DNA of 64,000 nucleotides from Octopus bimaculoides (GCF_001194135.2 NC_068983.1:57301526-57365525); one strand, 5' to 3'. Positions 36,525 to 49,219 are shown, counted from the stretch's first letter. Numbers and translations: made by a program. The notes: a model not told the origin generated them from the sequence alone.

Positions 36525-36790
36525 GGCACGATGGCCCACTCTAGCAACTAGTTATTATTGTTGGAGACATATCCAGGTGTAGGCGGTTGGTCCGAGATTT
36601 TTTGAAGAAATTTGTCCGGTGAACATTTGAATTTTATAGGATCCATTTCCGTTTTGAAGTATTTTGGTATGGTATTAAAGAGAGCTGGACCAGTTGAAAT
36701 AAAGTAATGTTGCTATGTGCACCAATTTCGATTTTTGTAGTGGGCGGATAGCACGGGGGGCTAAGTCTTGGATGGATTTTAAAATTTGAA
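36525..36790 (-). pseudogene. CR1/L2-group LINE ORF2 C-terminal relic
   Basis: GPALFNTIPKYFK...FKCSPDKFLQKISDQPPTPGYVSNNNN*LLEW matches the GP.LFN.LP...FK..LDKFL..IPD.P..PGY...NSL.W pattern. Confidence 0.7.
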
Positions 36791-37521
36791 GCCAGCATCA
36801 TTTGTGCAATATTGATGGAATATTTCCCCAAGAGTGAATTTGGTAGACGGAAGCTCTGTGTGTATGTATGTGTAAGTCTGTACACGCATGTGTACTTATG
36901 TGTGTGTATGTATATGTGTAAATCTGTATGTGCATGAGTGTGTACATGTGTAAGTCTGTAGGTGCATGTTTGTCCTCATCATCGCTTAGCAATCAGTATG
37001 TATGTAAGTATGTATGTGTGCGTGTATGTCTGTACGTGTATGTATTTATGTACATGTACGCATGTGTGTAACTGTATGTCTCTCTGTGTATGTTATGTAT
37101 CCCCGTGTAAATGTATGCCTCTATGTGTATGTTATGTATCCCTGTATCTTCATATCAACATATTTTTTAAACCAACGTACGCATTAAATATATTTTCCCC
37201 TTAATATTTATTATTAATATGATTAGTTGTTATCCATTATCTTTAATATGATAGAGTACCAAATTATATCGTTAGTTTTTTTTTGATATTTGTAATGTCT
37301 ACACCTAATATACTATCAATTTAATTAACGTAATTGAATGTAATTTTGTCTTACTTTTGCTTTATTTTATTCTGTTCGGTCTGTAAATTTGTTTGTCTAT
37401 GTCTATAGATAATGTTTCATTTTTTTTGTTGTTGTTATTTATGATTATGGGTGTATGAACTGAAATATGTATGTATACGCAGAGAGAAATATATATCCAA
37501 ACACAAATATATGTATGTACG

Positions 37522-37566
<45 letters not shown>

Positions 37567-38194
37567 NNNNNNNNNNNNNNNNNNNNNNNNNNNNNNNNNN
37601 NNNNNNNNNNNNNNNNNNNNNNNNNNNNNNNNNNNNNNNNNNNNNNNNNNNNNNNNNNNNNNNNNNNNNNNNNNNNNNNNNNNNNNNNNNNNNNNNNNNN
37701 NNNNNNNNNNNNNNNNNNNNNNNNNNNNNNNNNNNNNNNNNNNNNNNNNNNNNNNNNNNNNNNNNNNNNNNNNNNNNNNNNNNNNNNNNNNNNNNNNNNN
37801 NNNNNNNNNNNNNNNNNNNNNNNNNNNNNNNNNNNNNNNNNNNNNNNNNNNNNNNNNNNNNNNNNNNNNNNNNNNNNNNNNNNNNNNNNNNNNNNNNNNN
37901 NNNNNNNNNNNNNNNNNNNNNNNNNNNNNNNNNNNNNNNNNNNNNNNNNNNNNNNNNNNNNNNNNNNNNNNNNNNNNNNNNNNNNNNNNNNNNNNNNNNN
38001 NNNNNNNNNNNNNNNNNNNNNNNNNNNNNNATGTATGTTGACCATCTGATGAATCTGTATGTTTTTAATGAATTTTTATTTTAATTTTTACAGTTTAGTT
38101 TTATGGCTGATATTTAATTGCATAATTTATAAGATTATCCACATTCATTTCTGTTACCTTCTACACGAGGAAATATTTCATAGAATTTAGACAC

Positions 38195-38308
38195 TGGCGT
38201 GGCTGTGTGGTGAGAATCTTGCTTCCCAACCACATGGTTCTGGATTCAGTCCTACTTCGTAGCACTTTGCACAAGTGTCTTCTGCTATAGCCTCAGGACA
38301 ACCAAACC
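38195..38308 (+). mobile_element. SINE S1 5' part, cut off by the adjacent gag-like element
   Basis: S1 head stops at ...ACAACCAAACC. Confidence 0.75.
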
Positions 38309-38309
38309 A

Positions 38310-40195
38310 TATAAGTCAAACCCTCGCCTACAGTCACCAGTCCTCCCTTGCCCCTCCTGACACAGACAATAACACAAACAGACAGGTGTCCTAAACACTC
38401 CAACCCACACCCCCAAAAAACTGTTTTGGTTTAATGGAAAACTGCGTGACAGAAACATTGGACATAGGCGTAACAGCAGATGCAAATAAGTTGGTCGTGA
38501 ATTTTGTATGTGCGTCGTGTGAGAGGTTAGTGAAGGATAGTTGAATTGCGTCTGTTGTTAATTGTTTTGTCTGGAGACATTTGTATTTGCTGCCCTACGG
38601 CAGTTTTGTTAACGCTGTTCCCCCTGTTTGAAGGGGGGAAGCGCATTACTAGTGCCTTCATGATGTATAAAGATTTGAATTCTTCAGACATCGTTACATC
38701 AGAAGAAGAATTGCTGAGAAGTTTAGATATTGCAGACCAGAAGATGCAAAAAAATGAAGGTGGGAAAAAAACGAATTTTGCAGCTGTGGTTGGTGAAACA
38801 AGAGAAGAGATTTTGTTTTACGAAGGTGGAGGCGAAAAAGTACAGGGAAATCTTGCAAAGGGAGGGGCACGAAGTAAAGTAACCTTTCCTAGTGAAGTTG
38901 TAAAGGACACGCAAAAAAACAATAATATATAGAACGTATGGTCTGAATACAAAGGGAATGGAGAAAGTGACAAAGCTACAAATAGAGACGGCTTTGAGAC
39001 CCCTCTGGCAAAATGTCACCTACCTTGCCAGAAGGAAGAAACACACAACTGGGGAGGTGCGATTTGCATCTAAGAAGGCTAGGCAATATTCGGTAGCCTC
39101 CCTGAAAATGGACAAGGTAATACTTCTGCCTACTTCCCTTGGAAGGCGTGCTTCAAAGGCAAGGGTAGAAGAGATTACCCTGGAGGTAGATGTCGTCTGG
39201 CTGGTGGCTGCAATACTGCTGGATGTAGAAGAGAAGATAAAGGTCCTCCAAGTAATGAGAACACCACCTAAGAATGGGCATGGTCAGACCCTGGAGATAA
39301 TCATCCAGGCTGCACCTGAGGACCTTGAAAGAATAGTCGACACTATAATGGTGGGCGAGGAGGTGGTATTAAGAGTTATAGTGGAGAGCAGGAATCCCCG
39401 GTGCTATAAATGTGGCCAGAAGGGCCACATAAGGAAAGAGTGCTCTCCACCGACCACAAAGACACCAGCAGCACCGCAGGTCTGAAGGGAAATCATCCCT
39501 CAACCTCCTGCAATGACAAGTGATACAAGAGGCAGTGTGGAGGAGCCCGGCAAAGAGGCACAAATGGAGGAAGAGAAAACAGAAGAATGGAAGACAGTAA
39601 GCCGGAAAAAGAGAAAAATAAGAAGAACTCAGGGTATTAATATTGATCCCCATCCAATTCCCACCCCGCCTCACTCTGCCCAATCCTCCCCCTGCAAACA
39701 CCAACCCTCACCCTACCTAACCAGACACTGATACTACAGCTAGAAACAGACAGGAGCAGCAAATTCCCCAACGCCACCCTGTGAAAATACTTGCATTGTT
39801 TTTTTACAAGGGATCTCTCGATGAGTTTCACGAGGAAATAAACAATCTGGACGAGTCGATAAAAGTCGATATTGAAGGGTGTGAGGGAGTGCCCCTGCAA
39901 GTTATTATCTTACAAAAGGAAGTTGATAGTAGGGGAGTGCAGTCAACGGTAAGCTATCATGAGCTTTTAAAAGAATTTAACATGGACATATTAAGTGATT
40001 ATTAAGTGATTAATTGTTTTTAAAATGTTTCATTGAGGTAACTTGGATTGTGGGGTCCGAGTGGCCTCCATTTCATCCATTCGTTTTTTTTATACCATCT
40101 TTCCCATCCGTTTTATTTTTTCCCCACTTTTGTGTTTTCGTCCATCTTTGTACTGTCCCTCTATTTTACCCTACTGTGGGCAATAAAGAAATCGT
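38310..40195 (+). mobile_element. ORF1-only non-LTR-like retroelement (gag-like CCHC protein, no RT)
   Basis: Broken ORF 38660-40005 with CYKCGQKGHIRKEC (39402-39443) and EEWKTVSRKKRK; T-rich 3'UTR, AATAAA at 40182. Confidence 0.7.
38660..40005 (+). pseudogene. gag-like ORF1 protein with one zinc knuckle (2 frameshifts and at least 1 in-frame stop)
   Basis: ORFs 38958-39485 and 39513-39731 share a frame, separated by one TGA; the flanking ORFs join by frameshifts. Confidence 0.65.
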
Positions 40196-40199
40196 TTTT

Positions 40200-41328
40200 T
40201 CAATCATCTGAAATGTAACTGTCAAAGTGCGATGTTCGAGCAATTTCGTTATTCAACTTCAAAAAAGGGCGTAAAGCAGCTGAAACTGCTCACGATATCA
40301 ACGAAACATTTGGTGAGGAAATGACCAGTGAGTGGTCAGCTCAAAAATAGTTTAAACGATTTCGCAGTGGAGACCTGAACCTTGAAGATCTTGAGTGTAG
40401 TGGACACCATCTGTCATCGATGATGGTCAATTAAAGACTGTCATTGAGAAAGATCCATGTAAAACCACTTGAGAACTGGCAAAAGAACTTCAAGTTAACC
40501 AGAAAACTATCTGCAAACATTTGCTTGCGAATGAAAAATCAAGAAAGCTCAACAGATGGGTATCACACGATTTGAATGAAAATCAGAAAATGCACATGTA
40601 GAAAATTTACTCGTGGCTTCTTCTCCGTAACCAGACCAATCCCTTTCTTGACTGTACTGTAACGTATGATGAAAAGTGGATTCTGTACAATAATAAAAGA
40701 CACTGACTCTTCGCAGTGGTTGGGCCAAAATGAAGCACCGATAACCTTCCCTAGACCTGAGCACTTCAAAAGGAAGGTTATGGTGACTGTTTGGTGGTGT
40801 ACCGCTGGACTCATCCACTATAACTTCTTAAAACCCGAAAAAAAAATTACTGCAGAAACACATTGCATGAAACTGCCAAAATGAAGAAAAACTGCTACCT
40901 ACTCCTCTGTCTCATACTGGTCAACAGAACAGGACCAATCATTCTTCATGACAATGCTTGACCACACGTTTCATCGTTTCATTAATGACGGTCCAGAAGT
41001 TGAGGGAACTTGAGTGCAAAGTTCTTCCCCACCCAGCTTATTCTCCTGACCTTTCTCCTACCGACTACCACTTTTACAAGCACCTTGATGGTTACCTGCA
41101 AGAGAAGCAGTTAAAAACTCAAACCGATGCTGAAAGTGCGTTCAAAGAGTTCATCAGCTCCGGAACTCCAGATCTTTGTTTCCGGAATAAACAAACTTGT
41201 AGCTTGTTGGCAAAACTGTGTTGATTGTAATGGTACTTACTTTGATGAATAAAATTACCGCATTACTGAAATATCTTGTGATGCATTTTATGTTTCAAAA
41301 TGTTGCTTACTTTTGACTTAGTCTGATA
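40200..41328 (+). mobile_element. mariner transposon (cecropia/Hsmar1-like DD34D), degenerate, left end missing
   Basis: FNFKKGRKAAETAHDINETFG...FKRFRSGDLNLED, TYDEKWILYNN, HDNA, HPAYSPDLSPTDYHFYKHL; ends TTACTTTTGACTTAGTCTGA-TA. Confidence 0.9.
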
Positions 41329-41480
41329 TTTAGCTGAATTAACAGAGTAACTCAAGTTCTGAGAGTTCCGTGCGTTGGCATTTATCAGAGCTTGAGTCTC
41401 TCTGTTACTTCTGTTAAATATTAATAACAATATACGTAAACTCATATTTCGAGCTCTATTTTCTTGTTTGCATCAACATC

Positions 41481-41555
<75 letters not shown>

Positions 41556-41557
41556 TG

Positions 41558-41584
<27 letters not shown>

Positions 41585-41590
<6 letters not shown>

Positions 41591-41825
41591 GTCTGAGTCT
41601 TTGTGTCTGTGTTTATTTCCCACCACTGTTTGACTACTGGTGTTGGTGTGTTTACGTCCCCATAACTAAGTTCAACAAAAGAGATTGATAGAATAGGCAC
41701 CAGGCTTTAAAACAAATAATAAAACGAGAACTAAGCTCGATTCATATGACTAAAAATTCTTCAAGGTGGTGCCCCAGCATGGTCGCAGTCTAATGACTGG
41801 AACAAAGAAAAGATTAAAAGATTAA
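41585..41825 (+). mobile_element. SINE S1 3' half after (TG)n
   Basis: GGTGTGTTTACGTCCCCATAACT...CCCCAGCATGGTCGCAGTC. Confidence 0.75.
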
Positions 41826-42846
41826 GATAAATCTATTGTCCTCAACGCAGCTGCTGCCCATTTCTTTTGTGTCCTACAATTTTCAGCATGTAATTCTGTA
41901 TACTAAGTGGAAAGTCCAGTTGTCGTCTGATGTCTGCTGGTTGCTTGTGAGCCAAATGAGAATGGTAAATGTTTGGCAACGGTTCTAAGTGGGGTTTTCT
42001 TATTAATAAATCTAGCAGGCCAGCATTTGCAGTCTTCTTGAAATGAATAACTTGCTGAGCTGAATATCAAAGCCTACGAATGTTCTTTACAGACGTGTGA
42101 CATCGCCAAAGTTGTTATAAATTGAAACTGCAGCTATGCTTTTTTTTTTTTTTCAATGTAGTTAGGAGTTTTATATAACTAGAAGCAGATATGGAGATAA
42201 CTGCTGACAAATGAAGGCAAAGTAATGTCATGATACAAATATAGTGTATATGCCTGTATGTATTATGTGATATAACCTCAGGACACCGAGATAAACTGTA
42301 GGCAATGTTTTTCAGAGAAGGAAAAGATATTTTCACTGGCGAAAGCACAAACATATTTATGAATGCGTAGCAAAAATATTTGACAACATAGCAAAATATC
42401 TGTTAAGAAAATATTGCAATATCCAATAATAGCACTAAGCACTCAATCAGAAATATCGATAGTATTAACAGAGGTTCGCCATTTTTCCTTTTATATATAT
42501 ATATAGCTCTAAGATATTTAGTTAAGAAGAAAGTTAGCAACAGATTATGTTCACGTGATGGATTATTATTGATTTTACAGCGTTCTTATCGTTGTTCAAG
42601 CTTTTTTTTAACTAGCCTGGTTTTGGTTTGATATTATTAACTCTGAAATAATGAAATAGTAATCTGCAGTATTCGTCCAGCGATCACACATATACTTAAT
42701 CATCTTCCTGGTGACCTATTTTCTCTGCTTGTATATTTTAACAGCTGGACATATTTCCATCAGTATGTTTCCCCATCTTGAACATCCGTTCATTCTTCAA
42801 AAACAACAGTGCATGCCATTATCGATGTAATACACAAACACATTCC

Positions 42847-42922
<76 letters not shown>

Positions 42923-42925
<3 letters not shown>

Positions 42926-43095
42926 GAGGGGGTGCTGGAAAGTTCTTGGCTTTAAAGGCGTCACGAAATGCCTGGCTGGAAGCCCAACTTTCATAGTTTT
43001 CTTACAGGTCTTAGAAAAACTAATGGACTAATACAATAAGTGACTATGAGAGGGGAATATGTTCAATAAAATTATAATTAACTGATCCTCCTGTA
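42923..43095 (+). mobile_element. mariner-type TIR/MITE fragment inserted in (TA)n
   Basis: TA-CGAGGGGGTGCTGGAAAGTTCTTGGC start is typical of mariner TIRs. Confidence 0.55.
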
Positions 43096-43369
43096 TTTTC
43101 TTTTCCCTAAAACCAGCATGTATATACGCATATGCATACATATACACACACATATATACATACATACATACACATATATGTAGGTGGGTATGTGTACTCT
43201 AATGGACTTTCTACACTTCAGCTGCACTTCTCCTACATATGGATTACACTGGACACCTCTGCTGATGAAAAATCGCTCCAGTACACCACGATGTCTGAAG
43301 CTTTTGAACCTTTTGAACTTTTCGTAACTTTTTTATACTTTCGTAACTTTTTTGTCCTTTCTGCTTTTT

Positions 43370-43570
43370 GTCCAGCATTCGCCATGATAAAACGCTAGCC
43401 ACTACACATTCTTTTTTTCTCTCCTTGTTTCTGTCCGTGTTCTTTTCCGTGGAAGAGCGTAGGCTCGAAACGTTAAAGACTTTTTCACTTCCCGAGCGTT
43501 ATACTAATATATCTGTTTGTTGTCTACACCACCTGTCTTCGTCTTTTTTTTTTTGTGAATTCTCCCTATA
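43370..43570 (+). mobile_element. HHR family 2 repeat
   Basis: CCGUGGA / A / GAGC-GUAG-GCUC / GAAA / CGUU / AAAG at 43447-43478; homologous to the 21.3 and 28.7 kb copies. Confidence 0.75.
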
Positions 43571-43664
43571 TAAGGTTATAGATATATAATAATTTATAAA
43601 GCTAGATGGAACGAACAGTCTTCAATTACAAATCACAGCAATTGTTTTTGTGCTTTATTAACAG

Positions 43665-43727
43665 CTGTTAGTTATTGAGATTTCCAAATCAAACAATTAC
43701 AGCTGCTGTGTACCGGCACATCATCAG
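43665..43727 (+). CDS. candidate exon (phase 0-0: LLVIEISKSNNYSCCVPAHHQ)
   Basis: Acceptor TTGTTTTTGTGCTTTATTAACAG| and donor CAG|GTGGGT; 63 nt; only one frame is open. Confidence 0.4.
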
Positions 43728-43899
43728 GTGGGTGGCTTTGATAGCACAGCTGGATCATGTTCAGTTTCCCATCGTTTTATATATCGATATACAGACATAC
43801 ATGGTGACTCAGATGTCCCTTTAGCATTGAACAGACAATGATCTTTGATTTTAGGCACATATGCCAACTTCAAATTGAATATCAATGTTCGTTTCAAAC

Positions 43900-44160
43900 T
43901 TTGGCACAAGGCCAGCAGTTTCAGGGGAGAGGGGAAAGTCAATTACATCAACCCCAGAATTCAACTGGTACTTATTTTATCGACCCCGAAAAGGATGAGA
44001 TGCAAAATCGACCTCGACGGAATTTGAACTCAGAATGTAAAGACGGAAGGTGGAGAGCTGGCAGAATCGTTAGCATGCCGGGTAAAATGCTTAACGGCAT
44101 TTCGTGTGTCTTTACGTTCGCCAGGGTTGACTCTGTCTTTCATGCTTTGAGGTCATTACG
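43900..44160. mobile_element. two SINE S2 fragments in opposite orientation
   Basis: S2 blocks on minus (43900-44045) and plus (44046-44160). Confidence 0.75.
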
Positions 44161-44879
44161 ATTTTGATATCCTTCTTGAAAATAGGTTGTCTACACTAAA
44201 ATGTCGTCAGCTGATTATAGACTCTCTGTGTAGTTTATCAGCGGTTAGTCAAACATCTGAAAATTTTATTGAATACAGTAGACATGACACGGCCTATATA
44301 ATTCCAATGTTGGTGTCTACTGAAGCTTTAATGATATGAAATAAAAAATGAATAATAGTATTTTATTAAGAATTTATGACCATTATTACGTCATAGTGGA
44401 AACATTTTCAAACCTTAACAACAATGTATGAATCATAAAGCAGTTTTGAAATGGATGAAAATTTCTTTACATCTTTACCGAATACTTTCTTTCTTTGTCT
44501 ATTTTTTTTTCTTTTGATAATTTGAAACGAAAATATCCAAAAATATTGTGAACCGAATATTTATCTATTGCATATTTCAGTCATTGGACTGCGCCTATGA
44601 TGGTGCACCACCTTAAAAAGTTTAGTTGAGTCCCTCTCTTCCAGTACTTATCGATTTAAATTTGGAACTGGTTCTATCCATTCTCTTTTGCCTAACTGCT
44701 AAGTTACCAGGACGTAAGCAAACCAATATATTTTGTTTTTTTAAACTTTAGACAAAGGCATGAATATTCTAGGAGACGAAGAATGTTTAGGCGCAAGACA
44801 ATAGTCATATAATTATTTATAGTTTCGTACATTAAATAAAGACTACTAAAATAAGAGTCTAAACGATGAACAACTAACA

Positions 44880-45430
44880 AAGAGCTTCTCCATATTTGTT
44901 TTTATCCTATTTTCCAGATGGCCAGTAGCTTGACTGTTGAGAAGTGAGATAAGATAGCAGCACGCTATGAAGTGTGGAATTCCATTGCTTTGGTTCAGAG
45001 AGGGTGGCGTGCATGGATAGGTAAGCATGCAACACTACATCTGGAGACAATAGAAAGTTGTCATGCAAAGCTGATGATCACGAGCTCTGTGAACGATGCA
45101 AGAAGTGGCCATCCAACCACATTCCGATCAGTGGCAACAATGCAAGAAATGTCTAATTGCAGCCCGCAAAAAATCAACACGTCAAGCAGCAGCTCGTGAA
45201 AGTGGACTAAACAAGACAAACAATATGTACGGTGTTGCCTAAAGAATTGAATTTCCGTCAGTGGAAACCCCATTACGTGCAGGAGCTAAAACATGAAGAC
45301 ACTGAACCCAGAACTCCAAGAAGTCCAAATCTCACTCCATGTGATTTTTACCTGTGGGGCTACACAAAAGAGGAAGTGTACAAGACAAAACCTCGCACAA
45401 TGGAGGACTTGGAGACATGGATTCACTCTC
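44880..45430 (+). mobile_element. Tc1/mariner relic (rosa/DD41D-like), catalytic core deleted
   Basis: N-terminal HTH-like region and SPQK-STRQAARESG, WKPHYVQEL, then PRSPNLTPCDFYLWGYTKEEVYKTKPRTMEDL. Confidence 0.75.
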
Positions 45431-45630
45431 ATGGGTGGGACACTTGACTTGAAAGCCACACTCCTTGTGGACTTTTAAGATAGCTCCTGTGGAGGGCTAA
45501 TTGAGCTAGTGGCCCTAAACTAAAGACAGCAATAATGATAAAGCATTTATTGGTATCCTACCATTTCAGATTTATATCACAGAGTATCAATCACATTTGG
45601 AGAATTTTGTATCACTGAGACAATTGGAGA

Positions 45631-46609
45631 TTACTGTAAAGCAGCAGCGGCATAAACAACATTCTTGGTTTTACCATTTCGTATGAGTATGTAGAGATTC
45701 TTGCCATTTCCAACTCTGGAACAACCGACAGAGAACCGGCCATGGGAAAAGCACTGCTGCATGAGGTGAAATCCAACAATTTTCAGTGATTATCTTTGAC
45801 TCTTGTTAATTGACATTACAAAACTAACTCTTACGGGAAATTGACGGCTTATGGGAATTCAAATGACATGTCTGCTGAAATCAATGGAATTCTTGGAATA
45901 AACACGTTTTCCCCCTTTCTTTGGGGATTGTTATTTCCAAGAGATGCGGATGCATTTGCCTGACAATCAGTCTTGTTCCATTGCACGGTTTTGAAAAATC
46001 TAGATTTCTCAAAAGTATGACTGGAACTCCTTTCTTCAATGTCAGTCTGTTCGAAGGCATTCCAGAAGGATCCAAAGAGTCTACTAATTCACAGCCTCAT
46101 TGAGGTCCACAACAGTATCAATCCAGAAATAGTTTTTTCCTCAGTATTGATTGCATAAGTCTCCAACTGACAACCCGGACAGTTTCATTCTTTCGTGCAA
46201 GTATGGCCCTTTCACAAAACCAATCATGATCTTGAAAATTACGTTCGATGTTTGGATAAACCTTGGTAATCAACTCTTCTACAGTATTTACATTTGTGGC
46301 AAAAATTGAAACCATTATATTATACATTATGTACATTTGACGAATATTTGTCCTCATCTTGTTGTCAACACAACGTTATTATTATTATTTACCATAATCG
46401 AAAGATCGTAATATTCAACTGTTAGTATATAACAAAACCTCATCCAGACCTGATTCCAATGTTGGACTCCAAGAATCAAATGAAGGGCAGATTTTCAATC
46501 CTGGGGTTATACTGATTCCAAAAACGTATAATGTGTCTATGTAGAGCAAATGTAGATTGAGACACAGGGGCCTCGGTCGAACGGACAGACAGGATTTCAC
46601 GTTTATTAT

Positions 46610-46612
<3 letters not shown>
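45631..46612 (-). mobile_element. Helitron deletion derivative: 5' terminus plus PIF1 helicase C-terminal relic (45631-46310)
   Basis: WFCERAILARKN, PSGMPSNRLTLKKGVPVILLRNL..CNGTRLIV, QFPVRVSFVMSINKSQ, FSHGRFSVGCSRV, KTKNVVY; minus strand ATAATAAACGTGAAATCCTGTCTGTCCG resembles Helitron 5' ends. Confidence 0.85.
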
Positions 46613-46667
<55 letters not shown>

Positions 46668-46914
46668 GTATACATACAATATGTTGCTTTGTTTTCAAAT
46701 TTTCTCTAATAATTTTTTACACATGCTGGTGACAAATGTCTCGTTCATTTTTTGTAGGANNNNNNNNNNNNNNNNNNNNNNNNNNNNNNNNNNNNNNNNN
46801 NNNNNNNNNNNNNNNNNNNNNNNNNNNNNNNNNNNNNNNNNNNNNNNNNNNNNNNNNNNNNNNNNNNNNNNNNNNNNNNNNNNNNNNNNNNNNNNNNNNN
46901 NNNNNNNNNNTATG

Positions 46915-47100
46915 TATGTATGTGTTTGTGTTTGTCCCCCCAACATCGCTTGACAACCGATGCTGGTGTGTTTACGTCCCCGTAACTTAATGGTTCAGCA
47001 AAAAGAGACCGATAGCATAAGTCCTGGGGTCGATTTGCTCGACTAAAGGCGGTGCTCCAGCATGGCCACAATCAAATGACTGAAACAAATAAAAGAATAA
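46915..47100 (+). mobile_element. SINE S1 3' half
   Basis: CATCGCTTGACAACCGATGCTGG...GGCGGTGCTCCAGCATGGCC. Confidence 0.85.
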
Positions 47101-47639
47101 AATAAACTTGGTCGTCTTATGTCAAGATTTTTGTTTTCTTTCACTAATATTTTTGAATGATAAACTGGAGTGTAAGTTCCAAACAGTTTTGTGAAGGCCT
47201 GGTATACGTAATTTAAATGTTTATGCTTGACAAAGATTGAATTTGTGAAATAAACTTAACACCGGCGGGTTTATCTTGTGAAAATTTCTCAAATTATTAC
47301 GTCATAATAGAAACAAATTATTCATAAATTCTGTTTAAATGATATATTAGTAATGAAAGGAAAACAAACTGTGTTATGTAATTTGAAGAGATTCTAACGA
47401 AATCTTCCAATAATAGAAAACATTTTTGTATTCTTATAAAGATGCAAGGCTTTGTGGCTTGAATATTGCACTTACGATCTCTCGATCGTGGTTTCGATTC
47501 CAGGGCAGGGTGTTTTCCAGTTTATTGTGCTGTAAATGTGTTCTAGCAATAGTTAAGAAGTTACCTCTGCAACGGACCAGCATCCCGTTCAGGCGGGAGT
47601 GTTGTTAATCCCTGTCACTTATACGCCATGGAAAGCGCA

Positions 47640-47790
47640 TTAATCTCCAGACTTATTAACCCTAGGATTTATGACAAACCTAAGTCTGAGAGAAGTCTAT
47701 AAGGAAAGCCTGAAATTTATAAGCTGGAGAAATGGGCTTGAGATGGTAATTGCAAAAGGGGGCCAAAACAGGAAAGCAAATCCATGCAAG
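47640..47790 (+). pseudogene. Tc1/mariner transposase C-terminal remnant
   Basis: SPD-like start and SWRNGLEMVIAKGG resembling the SW..RL..VI.AKGG end motif. Confidence 0.35.
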
Positions 47791-48289
47791 GCTCGAATTT
47801 ATGTGAGAGAAATACAATGGAAGGCAACAAGTATTTATATTATTGAGAACAACTTTATTTACATTAAAGGTTTGTTAGAGAGTACCTGGTTACGTGATGT
47901 GTTTAATTCACTGTCAGGTGGAAATTTATGAAAATGATAGAGAAAGAGAATTGGCTATTTAAAGATCGTGGGGTGATGGCTGTCAAAGAAGTTTACTTGA
48001 GGTTCTGAAAATATAGAATACAATATTCTGTTGGATATCAACATCATCATCATCATTATCATCATCATAATTATCATCGTCGTCGTTTAACGTCCGTTTT
48101 CCATGCTAGCATGGGTTGGATGGTTTGACTGGGGTCTGGCAAGCCAGGAGGATGCACCAGGCTCCAGTCTGACCTGGCAACGTTTCTGCAGCAAGGTCCA
48201 AAATATTTTACAAAGTTCGTGAAATGTTTGTAAAATTTTAAGCGTGCACTTGCACCCCACTGCACCCTGTTCCCAGGCCCTCGGTGAAG

Positions 48290-48875
48290 TTGTCTTATGA
48301 CTCTTAAAAATCCAGCTTATGGTTTTCCTTTCTTTGGCAAAAATGTTTATGGAGATACTTTTTTCTAGAAGAGATCTGTTTCATTGACAGAAATAATCTG
48401 TTTATCTTCATAACCCTCTTCGATTATTTTCAAAACATTGGGATATTTTTGCAGCACATCTTTGTCCGCAAGTGTTATACAGTCATTATGGATTCCTGTT
48501 AAAGTTTTTAATTCCTCGTTATCTGACAATAAAGATTTCTTCAGTTCCTGCTAGAATCTCATCTTCTTTTGTAATATTTTCTTTAATTGCAGCCAAGATA
48601 TATAAAGCTTTCATTTTAATAGCCATGGTACTTCAAGGAATTCGATTTTGTTGTTGTGATATTCCATTTAGAAAGACGCTATATAAATCATAATATTGCT
48701 TCCATTTCTTGTTGAAATGGATTTTCACCCTATTTACCTAGAGCTTTATCATTTCTCTAACACGAATCTATTTTCCTGATAATCACATCTTTATAACTTC
48801 CAATTTATTATTCACAGTTAACATTTTCCTCTTCTTAACACCCACATTTTTCTTCTCATTCTCATATCATTGGAT
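48290..48875 (-). mobile_element. pogo/Tigger (CENP-B-like) transposase relic
   Basis: KKRKMLTVNNKLEVI (HTH_psq-like start), MAIKMKAL, KQIISVNETDLF*KK resembling QIFN.DETGLFWK; many stops. Confidence 0.7.
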
Positions 48876-49219
48876 TCAGAGAATAAATTGCATATTATTT
48901 TCATAGAGTGGAGTACACGATTACTACACAAAGCAGAGGCCTTACAATTACATCACACTCGAGCAATATTGTCAAAGCCCAATTTGAGCGTTGGAAACAA
49001 GGTGATACCACGGACTTAAAAGGTTCATACACACAGTTAGTCATAGAATTAACTTGAGATAGATGTCGCTAGGACTGCAGTATTTATGCTGTAATCCACA
49101 AATATTTTCTTCTAATGCTATTAGCAAACAGCAGTCGTAGATGCAGACTACACTGTGCATGTTGATGGTTATGGTTACCACTAAGGGTTACTGAAGTCCA
49201 TATTATAATATTCTTTTTC

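Noticed and set aside
43255-43310. Second hammerhead at CTGATGA(43262)
   Set aside because: Partial ATCG/CGAT stem, but GAAA is replaced by GAAG and stem I is unclear; at most a decayed relic.
45480-45515. Helitron 3' hairpin plus CTRR terminus
   Set aside because: The hairpin is imperfect and is followed by CTAT rather than CTAG/CTRR.
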